A DNA stretch of 63,722 nt, the filler included, from Bigelowiella natans CCMP2755 (lineage: Eukaryota; Protista; Cercozoa), in assembly GCA_000320545.1 (NCBI GenBank). It is 6 parts of 6 records of this genome, joined end to end, with 100 filler letters (N's around TTAATTAATTAA, not from the genome) between each part and the next. Parts side by side here need not be neighbours in the genome. Positions count along the whole stretch, not along the records: positions 25,405 to 48,533 come from ADNK01001615.1; 5 more parts are not named here. The stretch is one strand, 5' to 3'. Positions within the stretch are counted from its first letter, which is position 1. The number at the start of each line of letters is the position of its first letter. Both the position numbers and the translations under genes were made by a program. The notes under the pieces were generated by a model that did not search any database, was not told the origin of the DNA, and saw only the letters and a list, made by a program, of their open reading frames with translations. Positions 25,942 through 39,692 of this stretch are shown one piece after another.

Positions 25942-26893
25942 GTCGGCCTCACGGAGTAGATACCGCAATGTCAGCTGAGAAGAAGGCCATAATGTTACAT
26001 ATCATATTTGTTTGGAAGAAGTAAAAACAACGTGGGAGATGGTGCGTTTACCCACAACAGCAGTAGTAATAATACCTTGTGAAAGTGATGCTTCAGTTCT
26101 CCACACAAGTTCTCATGCCAATCGAGTATTAACTCCTGAGTAGGTGTCGGGGGGGGGGGGAGGGGGGATATAACAGATGGATATTGATATGTAGTACATG
26201 CGTGCAGAGGCTGATGCGGATTTGACAAATTAAAAACTCACAAAAAAAAGCTATTGTGGGTTTTGCACTCTCGCACCACCTGCAAAAGAGTGATGAGCGC
26301 CTTCGTTTGGCGCGCCGCGACCTGGAGGTAGGAGGACAAAGATGTCAGGAGGAGAAGCAGGAGAAGAAGAAGAAGAAGTGAGAGAGAGGATCAAGTATGG
26401 GCGAAGTAAGTGCTCATTATCGGATGTGTTGTTTGCAAACCGAAGCTGCCTTGACGTCGGGCTGGATGTAGATTTTCTCCTAGATTTGGCGGATGTTTGC
26501 TCAGTATTATAGCCATACAAGTACACCCACCCACCCACACAAGCGCGCTCGCGCACACGAAAGAACGTACACTCAAATATTCGACTCAGAAGCAGGCCAA
26601 CCTTCACTGTCAATTGAAAGCGCTTTTTGGGCTTCGCGTAGCGTTCATACTCCGACCACACGCTGACTCTCACGCCGTCAACATGCGTGATTTTCTGCCC
26701 AGCTCTTGCGGGCGAGTCGGCGAAAGATTTGCTCACGCTTACAATCTCAAGCGTAACCTGTTTCACGGAGCGAGCACGCAAGTGAATACCATCATCAGGG
26801 TGGCGAGTATACGCTGTGTGGGTATGCGTGCATGCATTGTGAATGTGTGTGTATGCGTGGTGAGGCAATATAACCCCCCTCCTTACTATTTGC

Positions 26894-26925
<32 letters not shown>

Positions 26926-27560
26926 ATCATCATCATCATCTGTCACCTTGTCCACCCGAAATCCGACATTGTTGTTCTTATTCCTCGTCACGAGGATCGT
27001 CGAGGTCTGCTCAAGACGATAAGCACGAGGAGGGGGGGAGGTTAGGAAAAGCCAAGGAGTAGGAGGAGGAGGGGGAGGAGGAGGAGGAGGAGAAGGCAAC
27101 CTCACGACCAGATCCACAGCTATGATAACTAGGAAAAAATGTTGTTTTCGTCCGCACCGAAGTACAAAATAAATGCTCATTTTTAGAATAATTTTGCTAC
27201 TACTGCGCCAATGACCTTCCGCTCGTATCGTGGCCGCCTAATTCCTCGCGCAAAATGCTCCATTAGATACCTGACGGCGTGGATGGGGGGGGGGGGGTGA
27301 TCGTCAGTACTTTCGGAATAGCTACGCTAATTTTCAACGCATTTTCATGGGGCCGAAGACTTCCATAACGTTGCATGGCTGCTGTATAACGTGCTGCTTC
27401 GAAATAACCAACATGATGGCGTTCGTCTATCTCCCTTCCGTGTCGTCTGTCTCGAAAGCAGAGGAGGCAGCAGCAGCAGCGGCAGCAGCAGCGGCAGCAG
27501 CAGCGGCAGCACCGTGGTGGGTAGTCTTGCGTCCGTATCAGTTTGCGGAGATGTGCACGC
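25680..27560 (-). CDS. Multi-exon hypothetical protein with a PDZ-like segment; boundaries uncertain
   Basis: ILVTRNKNNNVGFR / ...IVSVSKSFADSPARAGQKITHVDGVRV...RFQLTVK, plus further GT-AG-bounded exons (ELILDWHENLCGELKHHFHK). Confidence 0.45.
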
Positions 27561-29785
27561 ATTAGCCCTGTCGCCGAAAGGAGAGATGAAGGAAGAATAA
27601 GAAGAAAATAGAAGAAGAAGAAGAAAAAGATAATGCGTATTTCATTTGTTCTAATCTAATATGAAGTATAATTTTATTCACCAGTACACTGCAGACGCAC
27701 GGAGCCTTCCTCCTCGCATAGGGTTCCCTGTATGCATATTTGACCGCAAATTCAGCGAATATAAGTCACACCTCATTTCTATCTCCATTTCATCTTTGAT
27801 CGAAGCTCATTCATCCTTTACTCTCCCTCAGGAAAAAGAAAAATTTCACTTAAATCTTCTTGTTCTTGCACCCCATCCCTAGAAGACCACCCCGCCCCCG
27901 CCCCCTTTGTATATCAACTGGCTGTGACGACAAATGGATTTTTCTATGAATCTCCGAAGTTCTAATTTTAGTGGTCGCAGACCGTTCTCATGAGGAGATT
28001 CGCTGTCTGTGCAAAGCTATCGATGAAATCCGTTTTCCCTTCTTTTTTCTTCTTTCTCGTTGGTGTAGCAGTTGCGGGGGTGATTGCTTCATGCGTCCTG
28101 CCTTTGAGGGCAATCAGCTCCGAGGCGCGATGTATGCACACTGCATTACACCATGTAGCCTGGCAAGGCAAAAGCACAGAGGGGAGGGGGGAGGGCGTAT
28201 TTAGTTTATCCAACCTCGCAAGGTCATTATTCACCAAAAAATAATCCTCGTATTCGTCTGTCGTTCACTTTGCAGAATCTTCTACACATTTTCTCTAGGA
28301 ACGATGGAAAACACCAATGATTTTTGCCCTGACATGCAGTATCGAAAGTCGTTGGGAGTTCATTTTTGAACGCCTCTATAGGAACCGAGGTTGCAGCTCA
28401 TTTATGCTTTTCTCATCGCCTGAAGTGACACTAATATTCTTACCTGCTGAATCGCGAACGTGCTTGATGCAGAGCGCTTCTTCTTCCTCTCCGTATTTAT
28501 AGCGTAAAGTTTCTACCCGGGTTGATAGTAGTAAGAGGGGAGAGGGCGGTAGGTTAGCATCGAAAAGAGGAGGGTGGGGAGAGATGTGGGAAAGGCGTAG
28601 CAACCTGTGTGTGCTGTAAACTGTTCAGCAAATACTCCGAGCATTGCATGAACCTATCGGGTTTCAACGAAGAACAAATTGTGATGCCTGTTTCCCCAGC
28701 ATTCATCAATGGCTGAGTGCTAGTATCCCGTTTAGCATGATTTGCGCACTCGGGCAGGTGGACAGAGGGCGAACCTTTTTGCTAAGTCAAATGACTCCTC
28801 ATCTTTGCCTTCCGACATCTTGGGACGGCGCAGGGGGGTCGGTGATCCTTGTCACAGGACACGCTTCCACCGCAGTAAATCGCTGAGCAGAGAGCAGTTT
28901 AGCAACATTGTAGCACAACGTTGTCAATTATATAATATATCATCAAGCTGGCGTCATCTAAAACATGATGATCGCCGTCATGGTGGTTTTCGGTGTCGTT
29001 ACCATTGTCGAAATCAAAGTGGAAGAACGCGAAATACGATGAAAGCACGGAAAGTCCCATCGCTACCTACCATCCTACGGGCCCGCCCCTTACTAAAGAT
29101 ATCATAAAATCACCGTGTCTTGCTTAAATGAAATAGCCAGACTTGTCTCCCCTCCCCCTACTACGGCCTCCCCCGCGCTGTGGGGCCTGAGAACGGATGG
29201 TAAGGCCCAGAGCAAGCACCGTTTGCTGCACTGCTGATGCACAATTAAAGCAGAAGTTAATGTTAGGATTTATCTGGTATAATAATAATCCGAATCTGAC
29301 CAAAATCGCTACTGCTTCTAAAAAAGATTACCAGTTTCGTTGAGCATTCACAGTAAGGTCGATTTCGATAGGTAAAACATCTTGAATCTATTGCCGGAAT
29401 GAGCATTTGCTATCATCCGAGAATGAAGAAAAGCTATCTCGTTCCCTTGCGAATGCCCAAATCTTCGCGGGTAGCGTGAACAGAAACCAATTTACACTTG
29501 CGACAATCTAGTTTTACTTGTCTTAGTTAAAAATCGCACTCATTATGTGTCTACATCTAGCTCCCAGAATATCTGCTGCACAAACAAAGCGATTGGAAAG
29601 GTGTCTCTCTCTCGATGAGCGCGAGGACGTTTTTCTGTTAAATCGCCCCTCCCATCCCCATCCAATTTGCTGAAGCTTGATCATATTCTTCAGACCTCAA
29701 CGACAAACTTTGGACAGAGCGGTGTAAACTGGCCTAAGCGATATATTGATTGTAGTAGACACGAGAAAAGAAGTAGGTGAGAAAA

Positions 29786-30647
29786 ATGGGGAACCAACTG
29801 TCTCTCAGCGAGAAGCAAATAGAGGAGCTGAAGGGGCTCTCCAACTGTAAGTTCTATAAGATTCTATTGTATTAACGTTCTGTCATACTTCTGCCTGTTG
29901 TGCGGGCTCTCACAAGCCTCGATCTAATTGTAACAAGCAATCAACACCTTATACTTCTTCAGTTTCGAAGGAGGAGGTGCAAAAGTTATTCAAACGGTTT
30001 AAAAGTCTCGACAAGGACCACTCTGGTGGTCTTAACGTTGAGGAATTTCTAAATATTCCAAATTTGGAGCACAATCCTCTGGTGAGGAGAGTTGTTGCCA
30101 CATTCGACGATGACAAGGTGATGTCAGGAAGACGCAAATAACAGGAGGGGGGGATAAGGGGCTGACGCAAAATAGAGAGAAGACAAATAGAATTTACGTG
30201 GAATGACTTGTCGTGGAAATCTAAATTCCGTTTACCTTAATGACATTTGCTTAACCACGCCACATAATACATAATACAGAATGGTGTAATCGACTTCACG
30301 GAGTTCATTAAAAACCTGTCAATCTTCGCATCTAAATCCGCGGATGGCAAGGAAGAGGAGAAGACAAAATGTAATACACTCTGTAATATTCTTGCACTAT
30401 CTAATTGGACCTAAAAAGCGAAGGGAAAAATGATGTGCACATCCTGGCATATTGCCAAGAAACACATTAACTGAGCTTTTCCTGATGCCCCTTTCTTTTA
30501 TAAAGTTGCGTTTAGAATGTACGACGTCAACAATGACGGTTATATCTCGAACGGAGATCTCTTCAAAATCCTGAAGATTATGGTTGGAAATAATCTGACT
30601 GACACTCAGCTACAGCAGGTCGGTGATAGTTTCACGCACGGAGTGAG

Positions 30648-30688
<41 letters not shown>

Positions 30689-31127
30689 TGCCACAAATTT
30701 ATGTATCTGTACGTGCCCATTTTTGTCATGTATTTTTCTTTCATTTATTTAATTTCTAGAAACGTTGTATTCTTATCTTTTCCCTCTCCTTAGCTTGTAG
30801 ATCGGACAATCGTACAAGGTGACAAAGACAAGGATGGGAAGCTATCATATGTGGAATTTGTAGCGGTAAATACCATACCCAAAAGAACCATTCTCCATCG
30901 TATTTTTTTGTAAAAACGAAATCGAGTGAGTGCGTTAACATCAATTTCCCCGATGATTTCGAGAGTATTATTCATTTACTTGCGAGGATGCGCTGTCATA
31001 TATGGATAATAATAACAATAATAATAGACATCAACAGCTAATACTGTGTTTGGTTGCGTTTGGTGTCACATCATAGATGGTGAAATCATCCAATATCAAC
31101 GAGAAGCTAAGCGTGGACGTCTCTTAA
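29786..31127 (+). CDS. CNB1: Calcineurin regulatory subunit B, 6 exons
   Basis: Fully spliceable: MGNQLS (myristoylation site), [78 protein letters not shown]; stop TAA at 31125-31127. Confidence 0.95.
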
Positions 31128-31850
31128 ACTTGAACGTCGCAGATCAATATTTGACTGGAGGTGTTTGCATTCCAGATATTGCAGTCAAAAATAATATTTT
31201 TGTAGCAGATGATGAATACTATGTGTACGAGCACGGCGGACGTTATGCTATGTAATATATTCTAGTTCCCATCTAAACTGATGGAGGCCCGTCCAAATCA
31301 TAAGCGATCAATTGCATACGACATCATCCGATACCGCAATAATAGATGTCGCATTGTTATTTGAAAACATTCACATATGCGCGGACATCTTCATAGACTT
31401 ATTCGTTGCTACAATGCTGCGCTTCACACAATGTACGTACTAGGTGTGTGTGCATGTAGTTGCTGCTGTTATGTTGCCGCTATCTACTAGATCTAGCTAT
31501 TGATGTATGTAGATCTAGCTAGCTAGCGTACAAATTCTCATTTAGTGGGAGCTAAAAACGATCACATGAACTTTGTACATTGACATCATCGAACCACGTA
31601 CGAACACACCCACATGCGTAGAACTGTGGGTTCTAGATCGCAAGCCGACGTAGGTTTGCTTTGAAACACAATTGTCTGCGGCAAATGAACAATTCGAATC
31701 GCTCTGATGTTGATTTTCTACATCAGTATTTCTTGCGATGACAGGACAACCCATGATGGACATGCAACACGTTGCACATGCAATGCACATTCATGATGGA
31801 CTTGCAACGTGTTGTGCACACAATGCACATGTCACATTGCTGTGTCCATT

Positions 31851-32320
31851 GAACAATGAACAATGAACAATGAACAATGATGACGAACTGCATTTCCAAA
31901 ACGTTGCAAGACACTTGCAGTGTGCAAAATGCAGTGCCTCGAACTGGTTTCAGTGAGGACTGTGACTAGCAAATCAACTAGCTGGTTTGCCAAAATGGCA
32001 TGACTTGGTCATTGAGAAGCAATGACACTAGCGGCAAAATTCTGACGGCGCAAGACCTCCACTCTGAGCAAAAACTTCCTGAAGGCCATGTCCACACGAC
32101 GATCTACGATTGGATCATCTGAGGGGGCCCCCAGCAGAATTTTGGTTTTGGAGGAGTCTGGAGCGTCAAAGAATGAAGAGTGGAGGGAAGAAGCTGAACC
32201 CAGAGCTGATCTCATGTGCGAGAGAAGCTTGCATCTCTCTGCATTCAAGTGAGTGCAATGATGGATGAGGTGGTTGACACTTTGAACAACTTCAGCATTG
32301 CAAAGAGGACACACCGAGAA
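31851..32320 (-). mobile_element. 5'-truncated LINE 3' end, copy B
   Basis: CPLCNAEVVQSVNHLIHHC...FFDAPDSSKTKILLGAPSDDP, with the same UTR and heptamer tail as copy A. Confidence 0.7.
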
Positions 32321-32534
32321 AGTGGCTCCTCGCCCAGGCTCTGGATTTGCAAATTGGGGACAATGCAACACAATGAACAATGATGACGGAAGTGCAAAGA
32401 ATGACAAAATTATCTTTGAGGCGCAGGATGTTTTGGGCATGAAACACCGTCTCTATTTCCCAATTTTTCCATGTCGCATCAGATAAATTGCCATTGTTTT
32501 CCAGGAGAGCGGAAGGCCAGATTAGATCCGAACA

Positions 32535-34270
32535 ATGGCGGCCGTGCCTCGGCGCTTGGAGCACGACCCGGAAATCGCGGGGGCGATCTTCGGCAAAGGG
32601 CAGGTGGAAAAAATCCTCCCGCCTCGTAAAAAAAAATGTTGCCCCCCCTACCAGCGTTGAAGGAAAGAGAGGGAAACTGAGGCTAGCGGAATGGATTCTT
32701 GAATGATGACCTTGTTTATCCAATTCAAACAGACTCAGTTTAGCAGCTTCGATTCCCGATCAGAGGGACCATGGTACCGACGACAAAATCAAGCATCGAT
32801 AGGGTTAGCTCCTTCCAGTTGTGCTTATCCTCTCCCACTGTCTCATTCTCTCTCTCTCTTTCTTTCCTTCTCTCTCCTTCCCTCTGGCAACTCCTGGTCT
32901 CCCATCACTCTTTCCTAGATGGCTTTTCCTCCTTGCAGCACTCGATTTCGACCCGGCTCATCCGGGGCTTCTGCAACCCGTTATGGAAAGCTATATTGAA
33001 GAGGGCGACTATGCTCTCGCTTACAATCGATTACACACAGCTCTCCGAGCCTTGGAACACCAAAAAGAATCTCAGGTGGCAGGAGGGGAAATGGTACTAA
33101 AACCCGAACTACAAGACCGAGCCTCTTTTGCGCGAAGCATCTCAGAGAGGTATCTCTCGTTGATTCAGAGAGACCCAGAGGGCAGGCGGATCATCGAGGA
33201 GATGCAGCAGCTCCTCAGCGAATCGTAATGTCTATACATTCTTTCAACATATGAATATCTCTTGCACGCACACTCACACACTCATTACGCCTAGACAATG
33301 TACACGCATGTGGGGATATCATTGCGACTATCACAATGTTTGAATCCTGTTCGCGTTATTGTACTGCACGGCAGTTCGAATCTTGGCGGAGCCACGCGAC
33401 GGCATGGCGGGCTCGCTGCTCCGAAAATAACCCTGCCGTTTTCGACCGTTATCTGCCGGTGGGACCTGTATGAAGAAAGGAAAAATAGGCATGCCGAATA
33501 TGCATTGTCCAGGGAAGAAGTCGCGCAATTGTATGATGTTGTTATCGATGGCTACCAGCGCTTTAAGAAAGGAGTACCCGCGTTGTCTTCAGAGATCGGC
33601 CAATATCAAAGAGGTGTACGAAGATCTCGCCCCCCCCCGGGGGGGAGCGACACCCAGCTGAACCACGATTTCTTTATGTGGCAAATGGAGCCCTTTGAGA
33701 CAACTGGGAGGTAATTGTGGGAAGGATGGAAGTGGGGGCTGTCTATGCATATACCTGTTTAGATGTCCAACCCCTTCGATTTCAGCATCTGTGTAAACTG
33801 AAAAAGGTATTGGAGCGGGTTCGAATCTGCCCCCCCCTTCCGCAAACTTCTACGAGTTTTCCTCGACGCATGCAAGGGCTACCTTGTAGCCAATGGCCAC
33901 TCGCATGAGGAAGCGGTGAGATGCGTGCATGCAGTGTAAGCGATAGCGAGATGATGCACACCTTCACTCCTTCCCTTGTCGCAGGAGCTCCGTGCGCGTG
34001 GGAAGACGCTCATATGGGCCTCAGTCCATACGGGGGAAAGTATACACCAGCCGCACAACAGCGGCAATGCGATGATCGGGGGCGTCTTTTATGCACGCGT
34101 GCCAGAGAACTCGGGAAAGCTTGTTTTCTTCGATCCGCGAGGCAAATCGCCAGTGGTGCCCTTCATGGATGAGACCGATCCGCTCCCTATACCGCCTTTC
34201 CACAACGTTTTCGAGGTAACAGATAATCTCCTCCCTTCTCCCACTAATTATATCCTTCTCTATGTACGTG

Positions 34271-34308
<38 letters not shown>

Positions 34309-34313
34309 ATAGT

Positions 34314-34352
<39 letters not shown>

Positions 34353-35275
34353 TACATACTCAAAGCAGCAGCACTCATTATCCTCTGGTCATGATGCTGT
34401 TGGAAAAAACAACGGCAGGTGGATCCTCAAGAGGGCTTGCTAGTTTTGTTTCCCGGGTGGCTTTACCATCAGGTTGGTGGTTGACGAAGATAACGATGAT
34501 GACGACCATGATAGTTACAACAGCCATTCTCCTAAGCACGTACTTTAGCTATCACTGTACTGATGCTGCATGCTTTATCATAATTTCCTTCCGAGTAGTC
34601 ACCGTACGCATGGCATTCGAAGCAAAGTAGAGTCGATATAGTATTGATGGCATGCGCGACTTTCTTCCTTCGCCTTGCCTTCTCTATTGCCCCCTCTCCA
34701 CTTGTCATCTTATTTGCGAAGGTTCGGCCATCAACTGGATTGAACGTCGGGAAGGATGGATATCGGTTGGAAGATTAACTTCCCCTAATTTATCTGAGCA
34801 TGCTAACACACGCCTACAGCATATACATACGTAAGACCTGTTGCTAGAATCGACAGATTCGAAATAATGCTACACGTGTGTTTCTGCAGGGTCTCATTCA
34901 GCATCAACCTAGATGGTGAGTGGGGGGAGACCGGAGGAACGACCTACGATGACATGAAGCTGCCGCCAGAGCAAGAGCATCATGAAGGCTGGTGGGAGGG
35001 GGCTGGAATTTCCACTCGCACTTGGGACAGTGGCAGTAATGCCGACCAGCCTGCGGGTGTTGTTGGTGATGAGAATCATCGTCAAAGTATCGATGAAAGC
35101 GAACAACAGGCAAGGAGAAAGGCCACCATGAATGATGGGATTGGGGACGAGGATGAGATAGGAGCAGCAGCTTCTCTACCGGCCGCTGCGAGTACTGTTT
35201 GCGCAGGTGACGACGATAGTATGCACCCAACGTGTGAATTCGCCCATGGCGCAAAAGCTGATGACGGCGCTATTA

Positions 35276-35310
<35 letters not shown>

Positions 35311-35340
35311 ATATTGACAATTAATAATTATGTAGATTGA
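32535..35340 (+). CDS. Putative 2OG-Fe(II) oxygenase (TIGR02466-like) with N-terminal extension; start uncertain
   Basis: IWASVH...HQPHN...GGVFYARVPENSGKLVFFDPRG, PQEGLLVLFPGWLYHQV, RVSFSINL. Confidence 0.8.
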
Positions 35341-35671
35341 TTGCTTGCATTATCTATGCTGTATTGAGCCAGCGACATAACTCGCCCTATTTTTGTAGAT
35401 GCACACCAGCATGTATTAACAGTCTATAGTAAACGTGCAAGCGCTGTACATGGTGCTATGCGCACTTGTGCCCTCGCAGCAACCAAAACCCTTCACGCAG
35501 CCTAGATAGTAGTCAGCATCGCCTTATACGCATACATAACGCGCACATTACATATACATGCAAACTATCTGCTCATCGTGTGTCAATGCGGTCATACATG
35601 GGATTATATTTATGTCTATATGCTTATATATGCCCCGCGTCGCGACGTGTGGCCATGAGGCCTCATATTAT

Positions 35672-35740
<69 letters not shown>

Positions 35741-36002
35741 AGCGCAGTACGTAGCTGTACGGCATAGCGAATTCGTCGTGGTGGGATGCGAAATTGTTCT
35801 TAATAAAGACATTCAGTTATATCTGACAAAACCTATTATATTGTGATGTGCACCTTACTTATTGCTATGAAGCACGGATGACTACTAATTGGATCAGGCA
35901 CGCATCTATTGGGCAATACACTTTGCTGCCAAAGCGTTTTTGTTTCAGGCCTTCTGTTTCCTGCGGCCTTACGGGGCGGGGCGGCAAAACAGACCAATGT
36001 TT

Positions 36003-37040
36003 TTAAATAGATGTCGGACCTCCTTCCGGATTGTTGATCTTCAGTTCCAAACGCGTCTTTGGCGTTTTAAGCGTCTTAGACCTCAACGAAGCCTGCCCGG
36101 ATTGCTGCTGCGCCCGGGATGACTTTCCTTGGGGGGGGGCTGCGGTTCCCCTCAGGGAATTTTGGAGTGGTGACATAGTGTTCAAATCAGAGTTGGCAGG
36201 TCCCTCCAATAACAGCCCCGAATTAGCCCTGCTTGGCGACATAGCGCTGCGGACAGACTGAACCATATCAATCTGTGGCGAATCGGGAGATTTATCTCTC
36301 TCCAGCTCGCCCGCGGGACCGAGTGGGCTGAGCTGCAATTCCTCTATTTTCGGGGATTTGAGGGGGACGGCCGCGTACCTATATCGTTGCGATCGTTACT
36401 CATGGGGGAAGCAGCGGATATGGTTTGAGAGCCGGATGTGCCGGACTCCGTTGATGATGACGTGCTTGTTTACATTTCTTCCATTTGTTGGACTTCATCA
36501 TCCATGATTTGGACAATGGTGGGAAAGAGTGACAGCAGCATAGCTACGTAGTTGCAGCTGTGGACCCCCCTCCCCCCCCCCCTCCCTCTCTCCCTCCCAC
36601 ACGTTTCTATCTCTTTCATTCTCACAACTTCTTACCCTGCTTTCCTCTCGCTAAGATCGCCCATCTCGATCGCTTCTGCCTGAGGCTTAAAACTTCGCTC
36701 CGGCTCTGGTCTCTCCTTCACGTCCGTCTCCTTCGCGTCCATGTCCTTGTCGTTGCCCTTGCTCGCATTAGTAGTTTCACCGTCGGTTGGCGTCGCTTCC
36801 TTATCCTCCTTCCCCTCCGTTTGTCCTACTTTAAATCTAATCCGGAAACGGTTGTATAGGCGATGACACTCTTGAATGGCCTTGTATACCTGCCATACAT
36901 CGTTATTTATTTAGGGGGCGGCGGCATTGAAATGAGACGGGCGAGAAGGAGAGGGGAGGGAGGCAGCTGAATAGAAATCGAACTTTATCGGTGTTACTGA
37001 GAGTTCTCCAGTTGGTAGTTCCTTGTTTGAATTAATGTAT

Positions 37041-37081
<41 letters not shown>

Positions 37082-38056
37082 GCCTCTCTGATGCTCCTTA
37101 GTTAGCGAGGCTAATGCTGAGTGGACGTACAGCATCGTCAGTAGCAACAACTTCGTCCGCGACGTGGCTCACCACCCATCCCTCCTTAACGCCCAACTTT
37201 CTTGCCTGCGAGTATCTGCGAGGGGGGAGGGTGTTTGGGTGAGAGGTCGGACATGCATCGGTGCTGTGATACGTCTAAACTGTTTCTGGGGAACAAGGCA
37301 CAAGAGAAAAAGAACATCAGTGATTACAGCTGCGCGTACTTTTTGATTTTCAAAATCCTTTTGTCCTTGAAGAGGAAGCCCACTGCTGGTCCCGGAAGGA
37401 ACTCAAGTTCCACGAAGTCTGCATCGTTCTCGTCGTATTTTTCAAAGACTCTATCGTCTTTGTACATCGCTCCAAAGAGGCAAGCCCAGCAGGCGAAAGC
37501 TGGGGCGAAGTTCAGAAATCCAACAAAGACGATAATTAACAACCTGTAATGGGATACGCATGGGGGCTGATGAGCTTCCGGCACAGGTGCATGTGCTGCT
37601 GTTTGCACAAAAATAACCCATGACATATGCGCCAAAAAGGAAGGCAAATAATTGCCCGTTCCAATGCTTTTTTAAAATGGTGTTTATCAGCAACTCATCT
37701 TGTTACGCGCAGGCAGCAGCTTGATTACCGGACAGAGAAATCTTGTACAAACGATACGAGCGACGTAAACACGGAAGAATAGGAGTTCTCTCCGAGGGCG
37801 ACGGAAAGAACCGCGAGGATGAACCAGCAGCCGAGCATCACAGTAACTAATATCGCTAATCCGACCACATCCCAGATTGTGTAGTCGTGGTTGGTCAAAT
37901 ACTTGGCATCGGTAGGATACACACCGTAGCAAATCGCCTCTTTCCTCAACTTTTCTTGCCAGACGGAGCGTTGGACGGCCGCCTGGCAAGCATGAATATG
38001 AATGACGGAATATACTGCGATGTGCTCGTAAGACCTAGTTCTTCCCGCTCTCTCCT

Positions 38057-38104
<48 letters not shown>

Positions 38105-39277
38105 CCACACACACATACACACACACACACGCATACACAGTGTGTAGTATTCGTATCAGTAAACGAAACCTCTATCCACTCTATGCCTTCGAGATTGTCC
38201 TCTCCGAAGTGGTTGTTCCGTTTTGCTTCAATCAGGAGGAACTGAGCTCGATCCTCCACATCCATTTGGCCCACCTCTCTGTCATCGTCCTTCGCCTCCT
38301 CCCCTTCCTTCTCCTTCCTCTGCACATTCATGATGACGCCCGCCTCCGCGCCTGTGTTCGTAAGGTGTCGCGAGTCAAGGTGGAGGCGGGACCAGGAGAA
38401 GGAAAAGCAGGTGCAGGAAAAAGTGGAAAAGTCGTCTTCGCTTGAGGCGCATGCAACACGTATTTTTTGGCAAACCTAGAATTTGGCCGACTGCCATCGC
38501 ATCCCAATTAAAATCGGCAGAGTGGCGCCGGTAATACATCCGGGCCTTTTCATCTAGTTCCTCCTCTTTCACATCGTTGTCATCGCCAGCGAAATCCTCC
38601 ATCTCTACATCTTCACCCTAAGAAGAATGATGGAAGGGGTGGGATGTTGGCATTTTCTTCCTCGAATGCGATTTTTTTTATGAATCCGGAGTAAGTATTC
38701 GTATAGCCAAAATTAGCCCGTTTACATTCTTGCGCACATACACACATACACACACACACACACACACGCAAGCACGCATAGCGACATCGGGATTTTTGTC
38801 CCTCGCCTTCGTCTGCCTCTCTACTTACGCACCTCGGCGAGCCCTCCCACAATCTCCATGACAATGTCCTGGGCCGCCCCCGCGTTGCTTGCGGTCGTCG
38901 CAATACCCCCCATTGCACCAAAATCGACGTTGATATCGCCCATACACCATAGAAATATGGGCGTTAGGACTCCGAGGCCTGACATCTATGAAAGATAGTA
39001 GCAGATCATCGGCTACGAACATCGTGAGCGGGGAAAAGTGAGGTGGTGCGATTTCAAAAATTCTCCTCGCCTCGCCGTACACTCCGGGAGGCCGCACGTT
39101 CATAATACGGAGACAGAGGCGATTCCCTTCAAGCGGAAACCATTCTCGACGACGATACAACAATCGTCGCTGTCTTGAGAGCCCATCGGGAGCACTTAGC
39201 GCGTTTATTCGGCAGAAGTTTTTCTACTCTTTGTCCTCTTATCGCGCCCCTCCCCCCCCTCCCCCCAACTTTTAATG

Positions 39278-39310
<33 letters not shown>

Positions 39311-39648
39311 ATACTACTACTAAGTAGTTAAAGTAGTTTTATCAATTTGTAACCTTCTCGTTCTCGATCTTGATTGCCAGATCTTTCGGGGGATGGCGTT
39401 TGAAGACAGTTGTAGCAATGAAGGGCACAGGGAAACCAAAGAGGGCGGCGACGAGGGAGGTGGCGAAAGTGGATGTTACACCAGGAAGAGATTGCTCTTG
39501 GCCGACCAGAAGCGCTACAATTGTGAGGCCGTTGAATAACAGCGTCATCAAAATCGTCCATCGCTTGAGCCCGGTCATGTAGTCTCCGGCATGGCGCGTG
39601 ACGACTGCGAGCCAGACATGCCTGGTAGAAAGTACGCATGCACACATA

Positions 39649-39692
<44 letters not shown>

